Assembly (NCBI RefSeq): GCF_006345805.1
Contig: NC_043003.1
Location: 95,666,001-95,730,000, forward strand
Source of the DNA: Octopus sinensis
Taxonomy: Eukaryota
Length of the DNA: 64,000 nucleotides
Direction of reading: 5' to 3'
The notes beneath the pieces were generated by a model. It saw nothing but the letters and a program-made list of their open reading frames with translations, made no database searches and was not told the origin of the DNA. The first letter of the stretch is position 1; each line of letters starts with the position of its first letter. The translations under genes and the position numbers were made by a program. This document shows, piece by piece, positions 13,386-26,955 of the stretch.

Positions 13386-13741
13386 TCTATGCCATCGTAT
13401 TCAACCCAAGGAATCTAACTTGCGCAATTTTTCTGTAACCAATACACACATGTCAAATGAGTCACTCACTCTGCTTACATGATACAACCACACCTCTTCA
13501 CAAGCTGCAACTGTATCAAACCAGCTGCAATGTCAGCAGGTTCCAAATCAGAGAAGGGTAAAATAATAAAATTATATTTGAATATCAAAAAATTTACAAA
13601 AAGAGAAAAAAAACACATTCAAACTGATGTTTTTTTAATGACAACCTTGCTTTATTTACTGAATAAGAAAGTAATTACTTAATATTTCAATGGTTTAGTT
13701 TATTTATTTACACTTGTATGCTAAAATGTATAAATATCATT

Positions 13742-13940
13742 TATTCTTTTATTTGTTTCAGTCATTTGACTGCAACCATGCTGGAGCACTGCCTTTATTC
13801 GAACAAAATCGACCCCAGGACTTATTCTTTGTAAGTCTAGTACTTATTCTATTGGTCTCTTTTGCCGAACCACTAAGCTAAGGGGATGTAAACACACTAA
13901 CATCAGTTGTCAAGCGATGGTGGGGGGGACAAACCCCCCC

Positions 13941-13977
<37 letters not shown>

Positions 13978-14153
13978 GTGTATATATATACAACAGGCTT
14001 CTTTCAGTTTCTGTCTACCAAATCCATTCACAAGGCTTTGGTCAGCCCGAGGCTATAGTAGAAGACACCTGCCCAAGGTACCATGCAGTGGGACTGAATC
14101 TGGAATTATGTGGTTGGTAAGCAAGCTACTTATCACACACCCACTCCTGCGCC
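13742..14153 (-). mobile_element. SINE family A
   Basis: Full-length reverse-complement match to family A. Confidence 0.88.
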
Positions 14154-14190
<37 letters not shown>

Positions 14191-14415
14191 TCGCTTATAT
14201 ATTTATTTCACATACAAAGTATGTCAATTTTTTTTTATTAGTCTTAGTTCATGACAAGCAAAAATAATTCTGAATCTACTGCTATATGCAGTTACTCCAC
14301 CTGCTAGAAATAGCAATCAAATATCTTTCAAGTGGTGGTGGTGATGATGATGATGATGATATTTTATATTAAAAAATAAGCCTACACAGGCTATAGTAAA
14401 GCAAAATAAACTATA

Positions 14416-17400
14416 TCATCATCATCATCATTATCGTTTAACATCCATTTTCCATGCTGGCATGTGTTGGACAGTTTGAGTGGAGACTGGCAAGCCAGGA
14501 GGCTGCATCAGGCTCCAATATGATCTGGCAAAGTTTCTACAGCTGGATGCCCTTCCTAATGCCAACTACTCTGAGAGTGTAGTGCTTTTTACATGCCACC
14601 GGCACAGGTGCCAGCGAGGTGGCATTGGTATCAGCCATGTTCAGATGGTGCTTTTAACATGCCACTGGCACAGGAGCCAGTCAGGGGCTGGCTGGCATCA
14701 ACCACATTCGGATGGTGCTTTTTACATGCCATCAGCAGGGGGACCCAATCAGGCAGCTCTGGTAGCGACCCATACATGAATGGTGCTTATTGCATGCCAC
14801 CAGCATTGGTATCAGCCACAACTACAATTTCCATTTGATTGTGATTTGATTTGATTTACTTGACTCAATAGGTCTCCTCAAGCACGGCATGTCACCCGAT
14901 GATTCAAAGGTTTTTAAATGGGCTGGTTATTCGACACTGGTGTAGGCTACAGCTGCGATCTCACTTTCCTTGCTGGGTCTTCTCAATCACAGCATATCTC
15001 CAGAGGTTTCAGTCTTTCGACATTGCCTCTGTGAGGCCCAACGCTTGATGGTCATGCTTCACCACCTCAACGCATGTCTTCCTGGGTTTCCCTCTTCCAT
15101 GGATTCCTTCCACTCTTAGGGAGTAACACTTCTTCACATAGCTCTCCTCATTCATACATAGCACATGACCATACCAGCACAGTCATTTCTCCTGCACACC
15201 ACATCTGATTCTTCTTATGCCCAACTTTTCTCTCAGGGCACTTACACTGTCATGTGTGCACACTGACATTACACATCCAGCAGAGCATACTAGTTTCATT
15301 TCTTTGAAGCCTACATATGTCTTCAGTAGTCATGGTATGTTTCACTGCCATGTAGCATGGCAGTTCACACACATACATTGTACAATCTACCTTTCACTCT
15401 GAGCAAGAGGCCCTGTCAATTGTAGAGGTAAGAGCTTTCTGAACTTTGCCCAGACTATTCTTATTCTAGTGGTAACACTTTCTGAGCATCCACCTCCACT
15501 AAAGACTTAGTCACCTAGGTAGCAGAAGCTATCAACTACTTCTAGTTTCTCCCCCTGGAATGTGATGGAATCAGTTTTCTGAACATGTTTATTGTCCCTG
15601 TGCATCTGTCACACACAAAAGCTAGCTTCCCGGTTAACCTTCCTTTGATGTTGCTGTACCTCTTATGTGTCCATAGCTTACACTGGGTACATTTTATGGA
15701 GTTTCTACCAACACCTTTTTTACAGACTGAGCAGGGCCATCTACCTGAAGGGGTTTGTGATGTGTCGCCTTCCTACTTACTAAGACTTTGGTTTTTGCAA
15801 CACTGACTCCAAGGCCTTTTGATTCTGAACCTTGCTTCCACACCAGAAATTTCTTCTCTAATTCTGGTAGTGATTCTGCTATAAGAGCAAGGACATCAGT
15901 ATAGAGGAGCTCCCAGGGGCAGCCTGTTTGAATTCCTCTGTTATTGCCAGGAGGACTATGATGAATAAGAGGGAGCTGAGGGCTGATCCTTAGTGAATCC
16001 CTACTTCTACTCGGAATTCTTCACTATACTCATTGCTGACCCTTAACTTACTAACAGCATCCCTGTACAGCTCTTATTAACCACTCATCAACCCCCAGTT
16101 TCTGCATAACCCACAAGATAAGGGATTGGGGGACCTTGTCTAAGGCTTTCTCCTAGTGCACAAAAGCTAAGTATAGGGTTTTATCTTTGGCTAGGTATTT
16201 TTCCTGCAGTTGCTGTACCAGGAATATAGCATCAGTGGTGCTTCTACCTGGCACAAAGCCGAACCTCATCTCATCTAAGCAGACTCTCTCCCTAATTAGT
16301 TGGGCTATAACCCTCTCTGTGACCTTCATCACCTGATCCAGCAGTTTGATGCTATCTAAAGCATCACCTTTACTTTTGTAGCAGTTGACTATGATGCTGC
16401 TATGCCAGTCATTGGGTATATCTCCTTCGTGAACTACCTGGTTTACAATACAGGTGACTAGGCCATGACCCACACCACCAGATATTTTAAGCATCTCAGC
16501 AGTGATTCCTGCTGGGCCGGGGACTTTTCCTGACTTCATATCCTTAATTGCTTTATCTACTAGGATGCTATCTATTCGGGTAGCTGGTCCCTCTACTGGG
16601 TCAACATTTGGCAGGCATTCCTCCTCCCATTCATACTCCACATTCAGCAGCCTTTCCTAATGGCTTCTCCAAGCCTTTTGCTTTTCAGAATCATTAAAAG
16701 CAAGTGCACCATCATCCATGCAAACACGTTTCTCTCCTGTGACATCATAATTTTTTCTCACACACTGTCTTACAATCCAAAATACTTCAGTTTGTTGGTC
16801 CTCACATTACTGAACATTGGCAAACTTCTTCTTTTCTGCTTCTCCCTTGGCTATGTATACCTGTCACCCCCACCCTGCTGGCGATCTGGTACAGTTTCCT
16901 GCTACCCCACTTTTCCAGGCCTGTTTCTTTGCCCTAATGGCCTTCTCTATCATATTATTCTACCACCACATTACTCTAAGTCTGGAAGGGACTTTGCACC
17001 AGCAGATTTGGTTTGTGGTGCTCAGTAAGCTGTCTCGTAGGAATTTCCAGTTACCCTCTATGTCCGAAGTCTGCAGCTCCTACTCCCTCTCATCAAATTT
17101 CTCAGTGAGGATGTCCCTAAATTTCTAACCATGTGAAGGGTTCTTTAGCTTCCAAATCCTTCTTTTTTTGGATTGGTCTGCTTCTTGGTATCCTTCTGGC
17201 CTTGAGTCACTAATGACTAGCCTATACTGTGAGGTACATTCTTCACCAGGGAGGGTCTTAGTATTTAAGAGCAACCCTGCATCTTGCTGTCTGGTTAGGA
17301 TGAAATCAATCTAGTTAGCAGAGTCACCTGGTTGATAGGTTATCAGGTGGCTGTCTGGCTTCCTGAAGTTAGTGTTGCAGATTAATAGGTTGCATCACAG

Positions 17401-17930
17401 AACTCCAGTAGCCTAGTTCCCTCTTCGTTTTGGGAACCAATTCCATGACCCCCATGAACGCCATGGAAGATACCGGTTTGCCATCTGACATGCCCATTAA
17501 AATCTTCAGTCACAAAGATGAGGTCATTGCCACTCATCTTTGAGGTGGCCTGTAGCAGGGTGTCATAAAAGTGGTCCTGATCATTTAGTAGGCCCGCTTG
17601 TGGGGCATAGGTAGAGATAATTGTAGCTATACTATTCTGCAGGACTAGCCTGAGCTTAAGCACTCTATCGCATACCCTGACTACCTCTATGACCTTATCC
17701 ACCCATTTATCCACAAGGAGTATGCCTACACCTCCTACTCCATCACTGTTACCTTCCCAGAAGATTTTATACATATGTGCCTTGCCTGTGAGGACCCTGG
17801 CTGAAGCTCCTCTCCATCTTACCTCTTGTATTCAGCATACATCAACACGTCTCCATTCAAGCATCTCTACAATCTCACTAGACCTACCTTTCAGTGTGCT
17901 TACATTGACAGTGCCAACTCTAAAAACAGG
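14416..17930 (-). mobile_element. RTE-clade LINE, near-full-length ORF (APE plus RT) and long 3' UTR, inactivated
   Basis: APE motifs VGTVNVSTLKG, IQEVRWRG, GVGILL, STYAPQ (17400-17920). RT motifs GKVPGPAGITAEMLK, IVNCYKSKGDA, FGFVPGRSTTDAIF, LYLAFVH, and PWELLYTDV (YADD decayed). Stops and frameshifts; (GAT)n tail. Confidence 0.92.
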
Positions 17931-18604
17931 GAAAGGAATATGGGAGGAAGTATGGGGATGAATAAAAGACAGAGTAGTCATGACTGAGGTGGCTTTGACC
18001 ATGGATCTTCTAGGGGCTCCACAACAAGTACTATTTTTAAAAGGAGATTCTTAGATAATATGACATATCCTTATAAAGAACAAGACGGCAACAACAAGGG
18101 GTCTGGTCATTTAATCAGTTAACTTTATGCTATATGTTTTACTCAGAGTCAACCGGGCTGCTTAAAAATAAATAAGATGCTCTTAGCATCAAAAGTGCTA
18201 TTTGAATTATATCCTACCGATAAATTTCTTCTCACAATTATTAAAATTTCAATTATCCTTGATTTTCCTCAATACTAAAGCTATTTAATCCATGCTTTCT
18301 ATTTAATTTGGTAAAAGTTAATTTAAAACAATCAAATACAATAATTTCAAATTTAATTCTCCCCGTTTATTTTAAAGAATTATATTTAAGTCACTACAAG
18401 TTAATTTTTAAAACTACTTCTCTATTAAGAACTGATGAAAGAATTGCATTCCTAAGTTTTGTTTTTGCGTTAAACATAGGGAAACAAGAAAAGTATACAG
18501 TATAGCTCAGTCGATAGAGCATCACACTTTTATGAGGCAGACTCAGAAGCAATCTGAATGTCACAGGTTCAAGTACTCCTGTGGGTATATCTTAGCCTTT
18601 ATAA

Positions 18605-18990
18605 GTTCAGGTGTGGCTGTGTGGAAGGAAGCTTGCTTCCCAAACACATGGTTTCAGGTCCAGTCCCACTGCATGGCAACTTGGGCAAGAGTCTTCTATT
18701 ATAGCCTCAGGCCAACCAAAGCCTTGTGAGTGGATTTGGTAGATGGAAACTGAAAGAAGCCCATTATATACATATATGTGTATGTGCATCTTTGTGCTTG
18801 TGTCTGTCCCAACCACTACCACTTCATAACTGATGTTGGTGTGCTTATGTCCTTGTAACTTAGCAGTTCAACAAAAGAGACCAATATGATAGTTACCAAG
18901 CTTTAAAAAATTAGTACTGGGGTCGATTTGTTCAACTAAAGAAAATTCTTCAAGGCAGAGCCCCAGCATAATTACAGTTTAATAACTTAT
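18605..18990 (+). mobile_element. SINE family A
   Basis: Head, core and tail match family A. Confidence 0.8.
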
Positions 18991-19888
18991 AGCTGGAAAA
19001 TTTTAGGAGATGTGAGATAGAATTCCCATCTAACTTTTTCCACAGCAGCAATCATCAGAAAACAGTCCATTATGCCATTCCAATTATGTCATTCCTTTAT
19101 CAATTTACAACCATCACATAGTTGTGTGGTGAAGAGGTTTGCTTCCAAGTCATGTGGTTTCAGGTTCAATCCCATTGTATGTCATTTTGTCATGGGTCAA
19201 CCAAAGCCTTGTGAATAGATTTGGTGAACTAAAACTGGAAAAGGCCAGTCGTGTGCATGCGTGCCTGTGTGTATGTGTGCATGTGTGTGTCTGTGTGACT
19301 TTCTATTTCCCCGTCTTCACAAAGACAACAGAATAAAAATGTAATTATTTTTTTTTTTGAAATGTTCCTTCTCTAAAAAGTGAGATAACAAATCAGAAAA
19401 AATTTCAATATTAACAATTCATCTCAGATATTTAGATACATTAATGCTATTCATACAATGTTTAAGATGTATCTACTTATTTTGAACCTAGTTTTACAGA
19501 AACAAGTTAAGCAACATACTTCCACTAGGGGACAGATGGTGGAGAGGGTCCCCTAACAATAGCCTATCTTCCTGTTTTACAAAAGTTCAGTATTGTTGAT
19601 CAGATGACAGAGAGCTTAAGGTCAACTAAAACAAGCCCAGAAAATAAGTTACTTCCAAGTTGTATACAAAAATAGACATTATGTAATGACAGTGGTTAAC
19701 GTTGGCTTCTATAATGGTGGTGGTAGTGGTGGTGGTTTTGTTTTTGTGGTGATGATGATATTGTATATTTAGTGTTGAGATTGTTATAATGGTGATGGTA
19801 GTGTCAATGGTTTCATGATTGCACATGTAAAATTCACCAGGGTTCACAAAGACTCACAAAACAAAATAGCCATTAATCAATCTTTTCT

Positions 19889-19925
<37 letters not shown>

Positions 19926-20261
19926 ACACACATGTACATATATACACACATAAACACTTTTGCAGTTAGTAATATAAAATTTCATAAATGTCTCCATATC
20001 TCTATATGGCATTTTGACATATGACATATATAAAATCAGTAGTGCTAGTAGGGAGGAGGTGATAAAAGTCCGTTAATGAAAATATATTTCTCAATATATC
20101 ATTCAGAGAAACAAGCTAATGTCATTTCCCTATAATTTAGAAATTACTGTATCATCTCCAACCATAATTGATGACAAACCAAAATCTTCCATGAGAATCA
20201 TGGAAAACAAAAAGAGGTCACCACTTTATTCAGTTGAAAGTGTTGCAGCAGGGTTGGAATC

Positions 20262-20920
20262 ATCAGTATCATTTAACATCTATTTTCCATGCTGGCATGG
20301 GTTGGACGGTTTGATAGGAGCTGGAGAGCCAGAAGACTGCACCAATCTCTATTGTCGGCTTTGGCATGGTTTCTATGGCCGTATACCCTTCCTGATGCCA
20401 ACTAATTTACAGAGTGTACCAGGTGCTCTTTACATTGTACTAGTAACTGCAAGGATAGAGTATAATAGAAAGACAGAAACAGGTGCCATGTAGCATATAG
20501 CAGAGAAAAACCATAAGTACACCTACATAGGTGCAGGCATGCCTGTGTGGTAAGAAGCTTGCTTCCCAATCACATGGCTCTGGGTTCAGTCCTACTGCGT
20601 GGCACCTTGGGCATGTGTCTTCTACTATAGCTTCAGACTGACCAAAGCCTTGTGAGTGGATTTGGTAGACGGTGTGTGTGTGTGTGTATGTTTGTACATG
20701 TGTCATCTTTGTGTCTGTGTTTGTCCCCCACCACCACCTGACAGCCAGTGTTGGTGAGTTTATGCTCCCATAACTTAGCAGCTTAGCAAAAGAGACTGAT
20801 AGAATAAGTACTAGGCATTAAAAAACTAAGTCCTGGGGTCAAATTGTTTGACTAAAACTCTTCAAAGCGGTGCCCCAGCATGGTCGCAATCAAATGACTG
20901 AAACAGTTAACAAGTAAAAG
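20262..20920. mobile_element. RTE 3'-UTR fragment C (20262-20440, minus) and SINE A (20527-20920, plus)
   Basis: Similarity to other copies in the window. Confidence 0.75.
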
Positions 20921-21674
20921 GTACATACAAACCTATTCACCTGAACCATGCTTTTACCTATACCAAATGATCTGATTTTTGTTTCTCATTACCTTCATTG
21001 TGGAATGTGGTGGTGCTACATTGTATTAAACACATGGACACTGAATGAAGTACACTAGTATAGGCCAGAAAGATACTGAAAGTCCAATGATAGATATTAC
21101 ACAAATTACCTGAGAAAGGTTGGGCATGAAAGGTATCCAGAGATAAGTGCTGGCAAAAAAAAAAAAAAAAAGCAACTATTCTGATATGGATATAATTTGA
21201 AAATGGACAATGGGAAAAACTGTCACGTATTCAGAATAGAGAACATCTGTATCAGAGGAAGGTGAAGTAAAACAGAAAAGAGAGTGTGTGTGTGTGTGCA
21301 TGTGTGTGTGTAAGGGTGGATTGAAAAGATTTCTATGGCTTGTAGTTTAGATTCAGTACTCTGCAACCTTTCTTCACTTGCGATACACTTATGTTCTTTA
21401 CAAAATTTGGCAGCACACCTGAACTAAAACTATAAATAAAAGTATAGGGAAAAAAATTATATTCAGGTTACACAGCAACACACCTAGCATCATCTCATGT
21501 CACACCAGTGTGCCACAGCATACTGGTTGCTGAGCAGTGGTTTAGATGATGAAGATGGGAGAAGACAGAGAAGAAAAACAGCAACTGAAAAAGAAAGAAG
21601 CAGGTAACTATTTCCCTGATTAAGGCTCCTGTCAAACCATCCAACCCATGCTAGCATGGAAGATGGACATTAAA

Positions 21675-22755
21675 TGATGATGATTATATACCATCGTTTT
21701 AATGTCTACTTTTATATGCTTTCAAGTGTCAGATGGAATTCGGTGAGGCTGAAATCTCTTCCAATCACCAACTCTCACCTGTTGCCCAGACATGTTTCCA
21801 CAGCAGGTTGGAACATCACTTGTGAGACAGTGACAACTATCACAGGATGCCAAGACAAAAACACACACACATATATACATGTATATACAAACATATACCT
21901 AATTCATTTCCTTCAGTTTCCTTCATCCAAACCCATTCACTTACAAGGCTTTTGCTGACTCAGAGCTAAAGTAGAAGACACTAACCCAAGGTACCACATA
22001 GTGGGACTGAACACAAGACCAGGTGGCTTGGAAGCAAGGTTTCTAAACCCAGCCAGTGGCACATAAAAAGCACCATCCGATCGTGGCCATTGCCAGCCTC
22101 ACCTGGCCCCCGTGCCAGTGGCACGTAAAAAGCAACATCCGACCATGGCCGTTTGCCAGCCCCGTCTGGCACTTGTGCCGGTGGTACGTAAAAAGCACCC
22201 ACTACACTCACGGAGTGGTTGGCGTTAGGAAGGGCATCCAGCCGTAGAAACATTGCCAGATCAGACTGGGCCTGGTGCAGCCTTCTGGCTTCCCAGACCC
22301 CAGTTGAACCGTCCAACCCATGCTAGCATGGAAAGTGGATGCTAAATGATGATGATGATATACCTATTATTATCTACTTATTTCACTCATTAGACTGCAG
22401 CCATGCTGGAGCACCACCTTGAAGGAATTTAGTCAAATGAATCAACTCTCATACTTGTATTTTCTTTTAAGCCTGGTATTTATTCTATCAGTCTCTTTTG
22501 CCAAACTGTTAAATTAGGGGGATGTAAACACACCAACACCAGGTATCAAGCAGTGGTGAGGGACAAACAGACACAAAAATACACACACTCGTACATACAC
22601 CTACGCATATACACATGACTAGTTTCTTTCACTCACAAGGATTTGGAGAGCCAGAGGTCACAGTAAAAGACACTTGCTCAAGCTATGCAATGGGGTTGAA
22701 CCTGGAACCATGTGGTTGAGCAACAAGCATCTTACCATACAGCTATGCCTGCACC
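21675..22755. mobile_element. Cluster: SINE D (21675-22050, minus), RTE 3'-UTR C (22052-22358, plus), SINE A (22370-22755, minus)
   Basis: The C copy has three GTGCC-NGT-GGCAC-RTAAAAAGCA units, GGAAGGGCATCC and a (GAT)n tail. Confidence 0.8.
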
Positions 22756-23359
22756 TAGTTTTTGCTGATGCAGTACATCAATGAAAATTTAGAACAATAA
22801 CATTAACAGAGAATAAAGACAGGCTGCAAGAAGCTATTCTACAGAACAAAATCTGTTAATAATGCCTGAGACCAAGATATTGGAAACTCTTTTAACTTAT
22901 TTGAAAAATATATTAAATTATTTATATATGTGTGTGGGGGTGCTTGTGTAACACACACACATATGGTTGATTGATCATACCAATTTGTTAGTTATAAGGT
23001 AGTTCACTAGTCCTAAGATGAATAACAATCAAATTACTTCATTATCAATGCAAAGAATGCAGACAGCTGTTATCACAATTTTATTACTAAGTCGATATGT
23101 TATTTCACTTCATTTGATCAATTTAAAAGCAAATATATCATACTCTATCTTAGTTATTGTTTGTGTTTCAATAAAAATTGAAACGGTAGTGTATCAGACG
23201 AAAAGAACTGTAGTATATATTTAGTAACATCCTGCCACGTTATGAGTTCAAAACATGTTAATGATCAACTTTGACTTCCATCCCATTAATATAACTAACA
23301 AAATTCAATTAACTTTACCACTTCCCTTTAAATTTGTACAAAAAAAAAATTACTTCCTT

Positions 23360-24290
23360 TGGCTGTGAGGTAAGAAGCTTGCTTCCGAACCACATGGTTC
23401 TGGATTCAGTCCCACTGCGTGGCACCTTGGGCAAGTGTCTTCTACTGTAGCCTTGGACCAACCAAAGCCTTGTGGATTTGGTAGACAGAAACTGAAAGAA
23501 GCTAGTCATATGTGTGTGTGTGTCTTTGTGTTTGTCCCCCACCATTGCTTGACAACCAATGGTGGTGTGTTTAGGTCCCCAATAGAATAAGTACCAGTAC
23601 CAGGGAAAAAAATTAGTACTGGGGGTCAATTCATTCAGCTAAAATTCTTCAAAGTAATGCCTCAACATGGCCACAGTCTAATGACTGAAACAAGTAAAAG
23701 GTAAAAGATGTGGTCAATTATATAAATTTTACTCCCTGTTATTTTCCAGTTATTTTTATAGTACAAACCTGACACCAAAAGTGGAATTCTACCAAAGTGG
23801 AATACTGAACATAGAGGTACAGTGGTGGCTGTGTGGTTAGAAGTTTGCTTCCCAGCCACATGGCTTCAGGTTCAGTCCTACAGCATGGCACCTTAGACAA
23901 GTCTCTTCTACAATAGTCTCAGGCCAACCAAAGCCATATGTGCAGACATAAAGACTGAAACTGAAATAAGCATCTCTTGTGAGTGTGGCCGGGGGGGGGG
24001 GGTCATATATATATATGTTTGTATATGTGTGTGTGTATATTTGTCCTTGTTTGTCCCCACCACTGCTTGACAGCTGGAGTTGGTTTGTTTACATCCCAAT
24101 AAGTTAGCAGTTTGTCTGATGATCAAAGATATTCAAGCCATAATCCTCCAGTTCTTTGTTGAAACATTACACATCTAAAATTAGATTATCTAATCTACCC
24201 CTCCCTTTTTAATATAGTAAGGTGTAACTTAAAAAATATTTTGCTGCAATTTCCTTCAAACAGATTGAGTAACCAAGTATCAGCTCCTAT
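23360..24290 (+). mobile_element. Two A-head SINEs (23360-23710; 23820-24290, the second with a different tail)
   Basis: Shared head. The second copy ends in a TTTGCTGCAATTTCC-type tail also seen at 7530-7710. Confidence 0.65.
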
Positions 24291-25460
24291 GCTGATTTTG
24301 TGATAACCAAACTTTTTTAAGGTATGGAGTATAAATCAAGAAATAATATGAAACTTGAAGTATTGCAAAATCTAATTGTAATTGCTATCATTAGTGTTAT
24401 TTTTAATTGATGGATGGGTATTTAGAGATATAGACACACAGTAAATGGATCTACTTCTGGTTTCAAAAATGAATCATTCAATCAATGAACTATGTACTCA
24501 TTGAATAATACAACTGGCTGAGTATTTCAAAGACATTTGTACTCTAAATGTAACTCTGTTAGGGTCAGTGTGATACAAGGTGATAAGGCTGTTCCTTTGA
24601 ATTACAGACAGTCCATCCAATGTGCTTCCACTGTTTCTATCAACACAGTTTTGCTGACAAGTCTTTGGGTGACCAAAGTCTGTGACAGATGACACATGTC
24701 CAAGATGCTACACAATGGGATTGAACCCAAAACCTCATGATAGTAAATTGACACACACATATATATATTGCAATACGAGTTGATTTTTCAAATAAAGGGA
24801 AAAGTCATCAAAGTTAAACAGTCAAAACAAATTTCTCTTGAATTTAATAAAGCTGAGATGGGTATACAGAAAATAATCTTCTATAACAACTGGAGATATA
24901 ATTAGTACAATGGCTAATCCTACCATCATAGATTTATAGTTAATCTCCACCAAAAAAAAAAATGAACTGAATCAGAAACACCTTGCAAATAAAAAAACAT
25001 GAATGAAAAATAAATAATTCTAAAATAGTTAACACTCAGTTCACAAGCATAAATTAGCATAAATTGTGTGACTTCTCATAAGACCTATAATCAGAAGAGG
25101 GCTATATTGCTTTTGATAAATTTTCATTGTTAGTTGAGATGGTTGACACCTCTCATTTACAATGTCTTCATATTCTGGGAAAAAATGTAATTTCAATGCT
25201 AAGAGTTTCAGCTGCAAATAGAGTAGACTTAAAAGGAAAATAACAGGATTTGTCAAGAATATAGAACTGAATTCAAAAACCCAGTATTCAGTGATGCTAA
25301 CAAAGAAATGCTAACAAAGCAGTTCTCCCAAAAGTAACACCTACTGGGAAAACACAACTAGATATTTTACATAATTGTCCAACTAGCCAAACATAGCAGC
25401 CAAATCTCTCTCATTTCACACTTTGCAGTATCACATACAAATAAAGAACATGATGGATTA

Positions 25461-25898
25461 CAAGGGGGTGCTGAAAAGTTCCTTGCTTTAACCCTTTAGT
25501 GTTCAGATTAATCTGTTAAATGTAATACTTTTTTCACTCAAATCGTTTTGAATTAATCATACATTATCTTATAGCTTTGAAGTTTCAATGGTATGATAGT
25601 TTATTCTTAGAATGTCAATGTAGGTTAGGTGTGAGAGGCTAAATATGGCCAGTTTGAATGTAAAAACATGTAGAATATTTGGGCCGGATATGGCCGGCTT
25701 AAACACCAAAGGGTTAAGGGTATCACAAAAATCCTGGTTGGAGGCTCCCCTTCCAAGTTCTTTTACAGGGCATAGAAAAACTGAAGCACCACTGCAATAA
25801 ATGTGTGAATTTGAGAGGAGAATATGCTGAATAAAATCATAACTGATTGTCCTGCATTTTTTTTCACCCAAAGCCAAAACCTTTTCAGCACCTACTCA
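25461..25898 (+). mobile_element. Mariner-derived MITE interrupted by a piggyBac MITE
   Basis: TIR AGGGGGTGCTGAAAAGTTCC; interior encodes a transposase C-terminus-like KLKHHCNKCVNLRGEYAE*; uninterrupted copy at 55639-55850. Confidence 0.85.
25492..25713. mobile_element. piggyBac-derived MITE (nested)
   Basis: TTAA at 25488-25491 and 25714-25717; CCCTTTAG...CCAAAGGG termini. Confidence 0.85.
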
Positions 25899-26564
25899 TA
25901 TGTAATCTTAGACAAACTAGGTCTCAAAAAAGACAGACAAGATGGTGACACCTGGAACACGATTGATCATAAGTCTATTTGATCAGTGCTCACCTGAAGT
26001 TAAACAATAGCAACACGCTGTATTTATAATTGAAACAAATCCAACTAGTGATTAAAGAAAAAAGACAGGATAGAGTGATAATATTAAGAACATTTGCCTG
26101 AAGATAAGATATTAATATCATAAGTAGCTGAAAACACATTTTTAGCTACCAATGGCTTTTGTTATTGCTAATCTCCAATGCATTGTAGTGTAGAAATCAA
26201 GGAAGCTAGGGGAAAACATCTCAGCTTGTTGTATTTGTGGGGAGCAAAATGTCTTCTTTTGATTAACGTACTCAGATGGATTTGCAGGAAAGAAGGTGTT
26301 GAGAGGCATAAAAAGTAATTAAATGAATAATATACGCTTGTAAGATATATAATTACAGAAAGATTCTCCTCCTGTTGCTCTTAATACAACACTCGTATTT
26401 CAATATTTCCTAGTGCCCTTGGTTGACCACTGCTTTCATCCAGAGAACAGTTATTGATTCAATATCTAGTCTTTACGATCTAAAACATCTACAGCCAGTG
26501 AATAGTTTAATCAGTAGTGTGTTCAACAATATACCTTGTGGTAGTTAATGTGATATCTTTTATC

Positions 26565-26774
26565 TTTTACTTCTTTTACATCTACTCTTTTCAGTTGTGA
26601 GACTGTGGCCATGCTGGGGTACCATCTAAAAGAATTTTTAGTTGAATGAATCGACCCCAGTACCCATTTTTTTAGTGCCTTATACTTAACCTATTGATCT
26701 CTTTTGTCAAACTGCTAAGTTATGGGGACATAAACACAGCAACACCAGTTGTCAAGTAGTGGTGATACACAAAG

Positions 26775-26805
<31 letters not shown>

Positions 26806-26955
26806 CAGGGTGTGATGGGTAAATTGTCGCTGTTTTATATGTACATATGTATGTATGTATACATTTATAGGATGGGCTTCTTAAAGTTTCCATCTACAAA
26901 TCCACCCACAAGGCTTTGGTCAGTCCAAGGTGTCATGCAGTGGGACTGAACCTGG
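26565..26955 (-). mobile_element. SINE A carrying a 30-bp mariner-TIR-like insert (26806-26836)
   Basis: TA-CAGGGTGTGATGGGTAAATTGTC inside the (TA)n tract resembles the reverse complement of the TIR ending at 5717. Confidence 0.7.

Noticed and set aside
16153-17774. Functional RT/endonuclease genes
   Set aside because: Catalytic motifs are degraded (AFVH, YTDV) and the ORF is broken by stops, frameshifts and deletions.
22050-22200. Iron-responsive-element-like CAGTG loops (GTGC-CAGTG-GCAC)
   Set aside because: The loop is not the CAGUGH hexaloop, there is no 5-bp upper stem with a bulged C, and many units have CCGGT instead.
26330-26450. C2-domain-like peptide LGNIEIRVLY*EQQEENLSVI (minus strand)
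   Set aside because: In-frame stop, no usable acceptor, and the similarity is too short.
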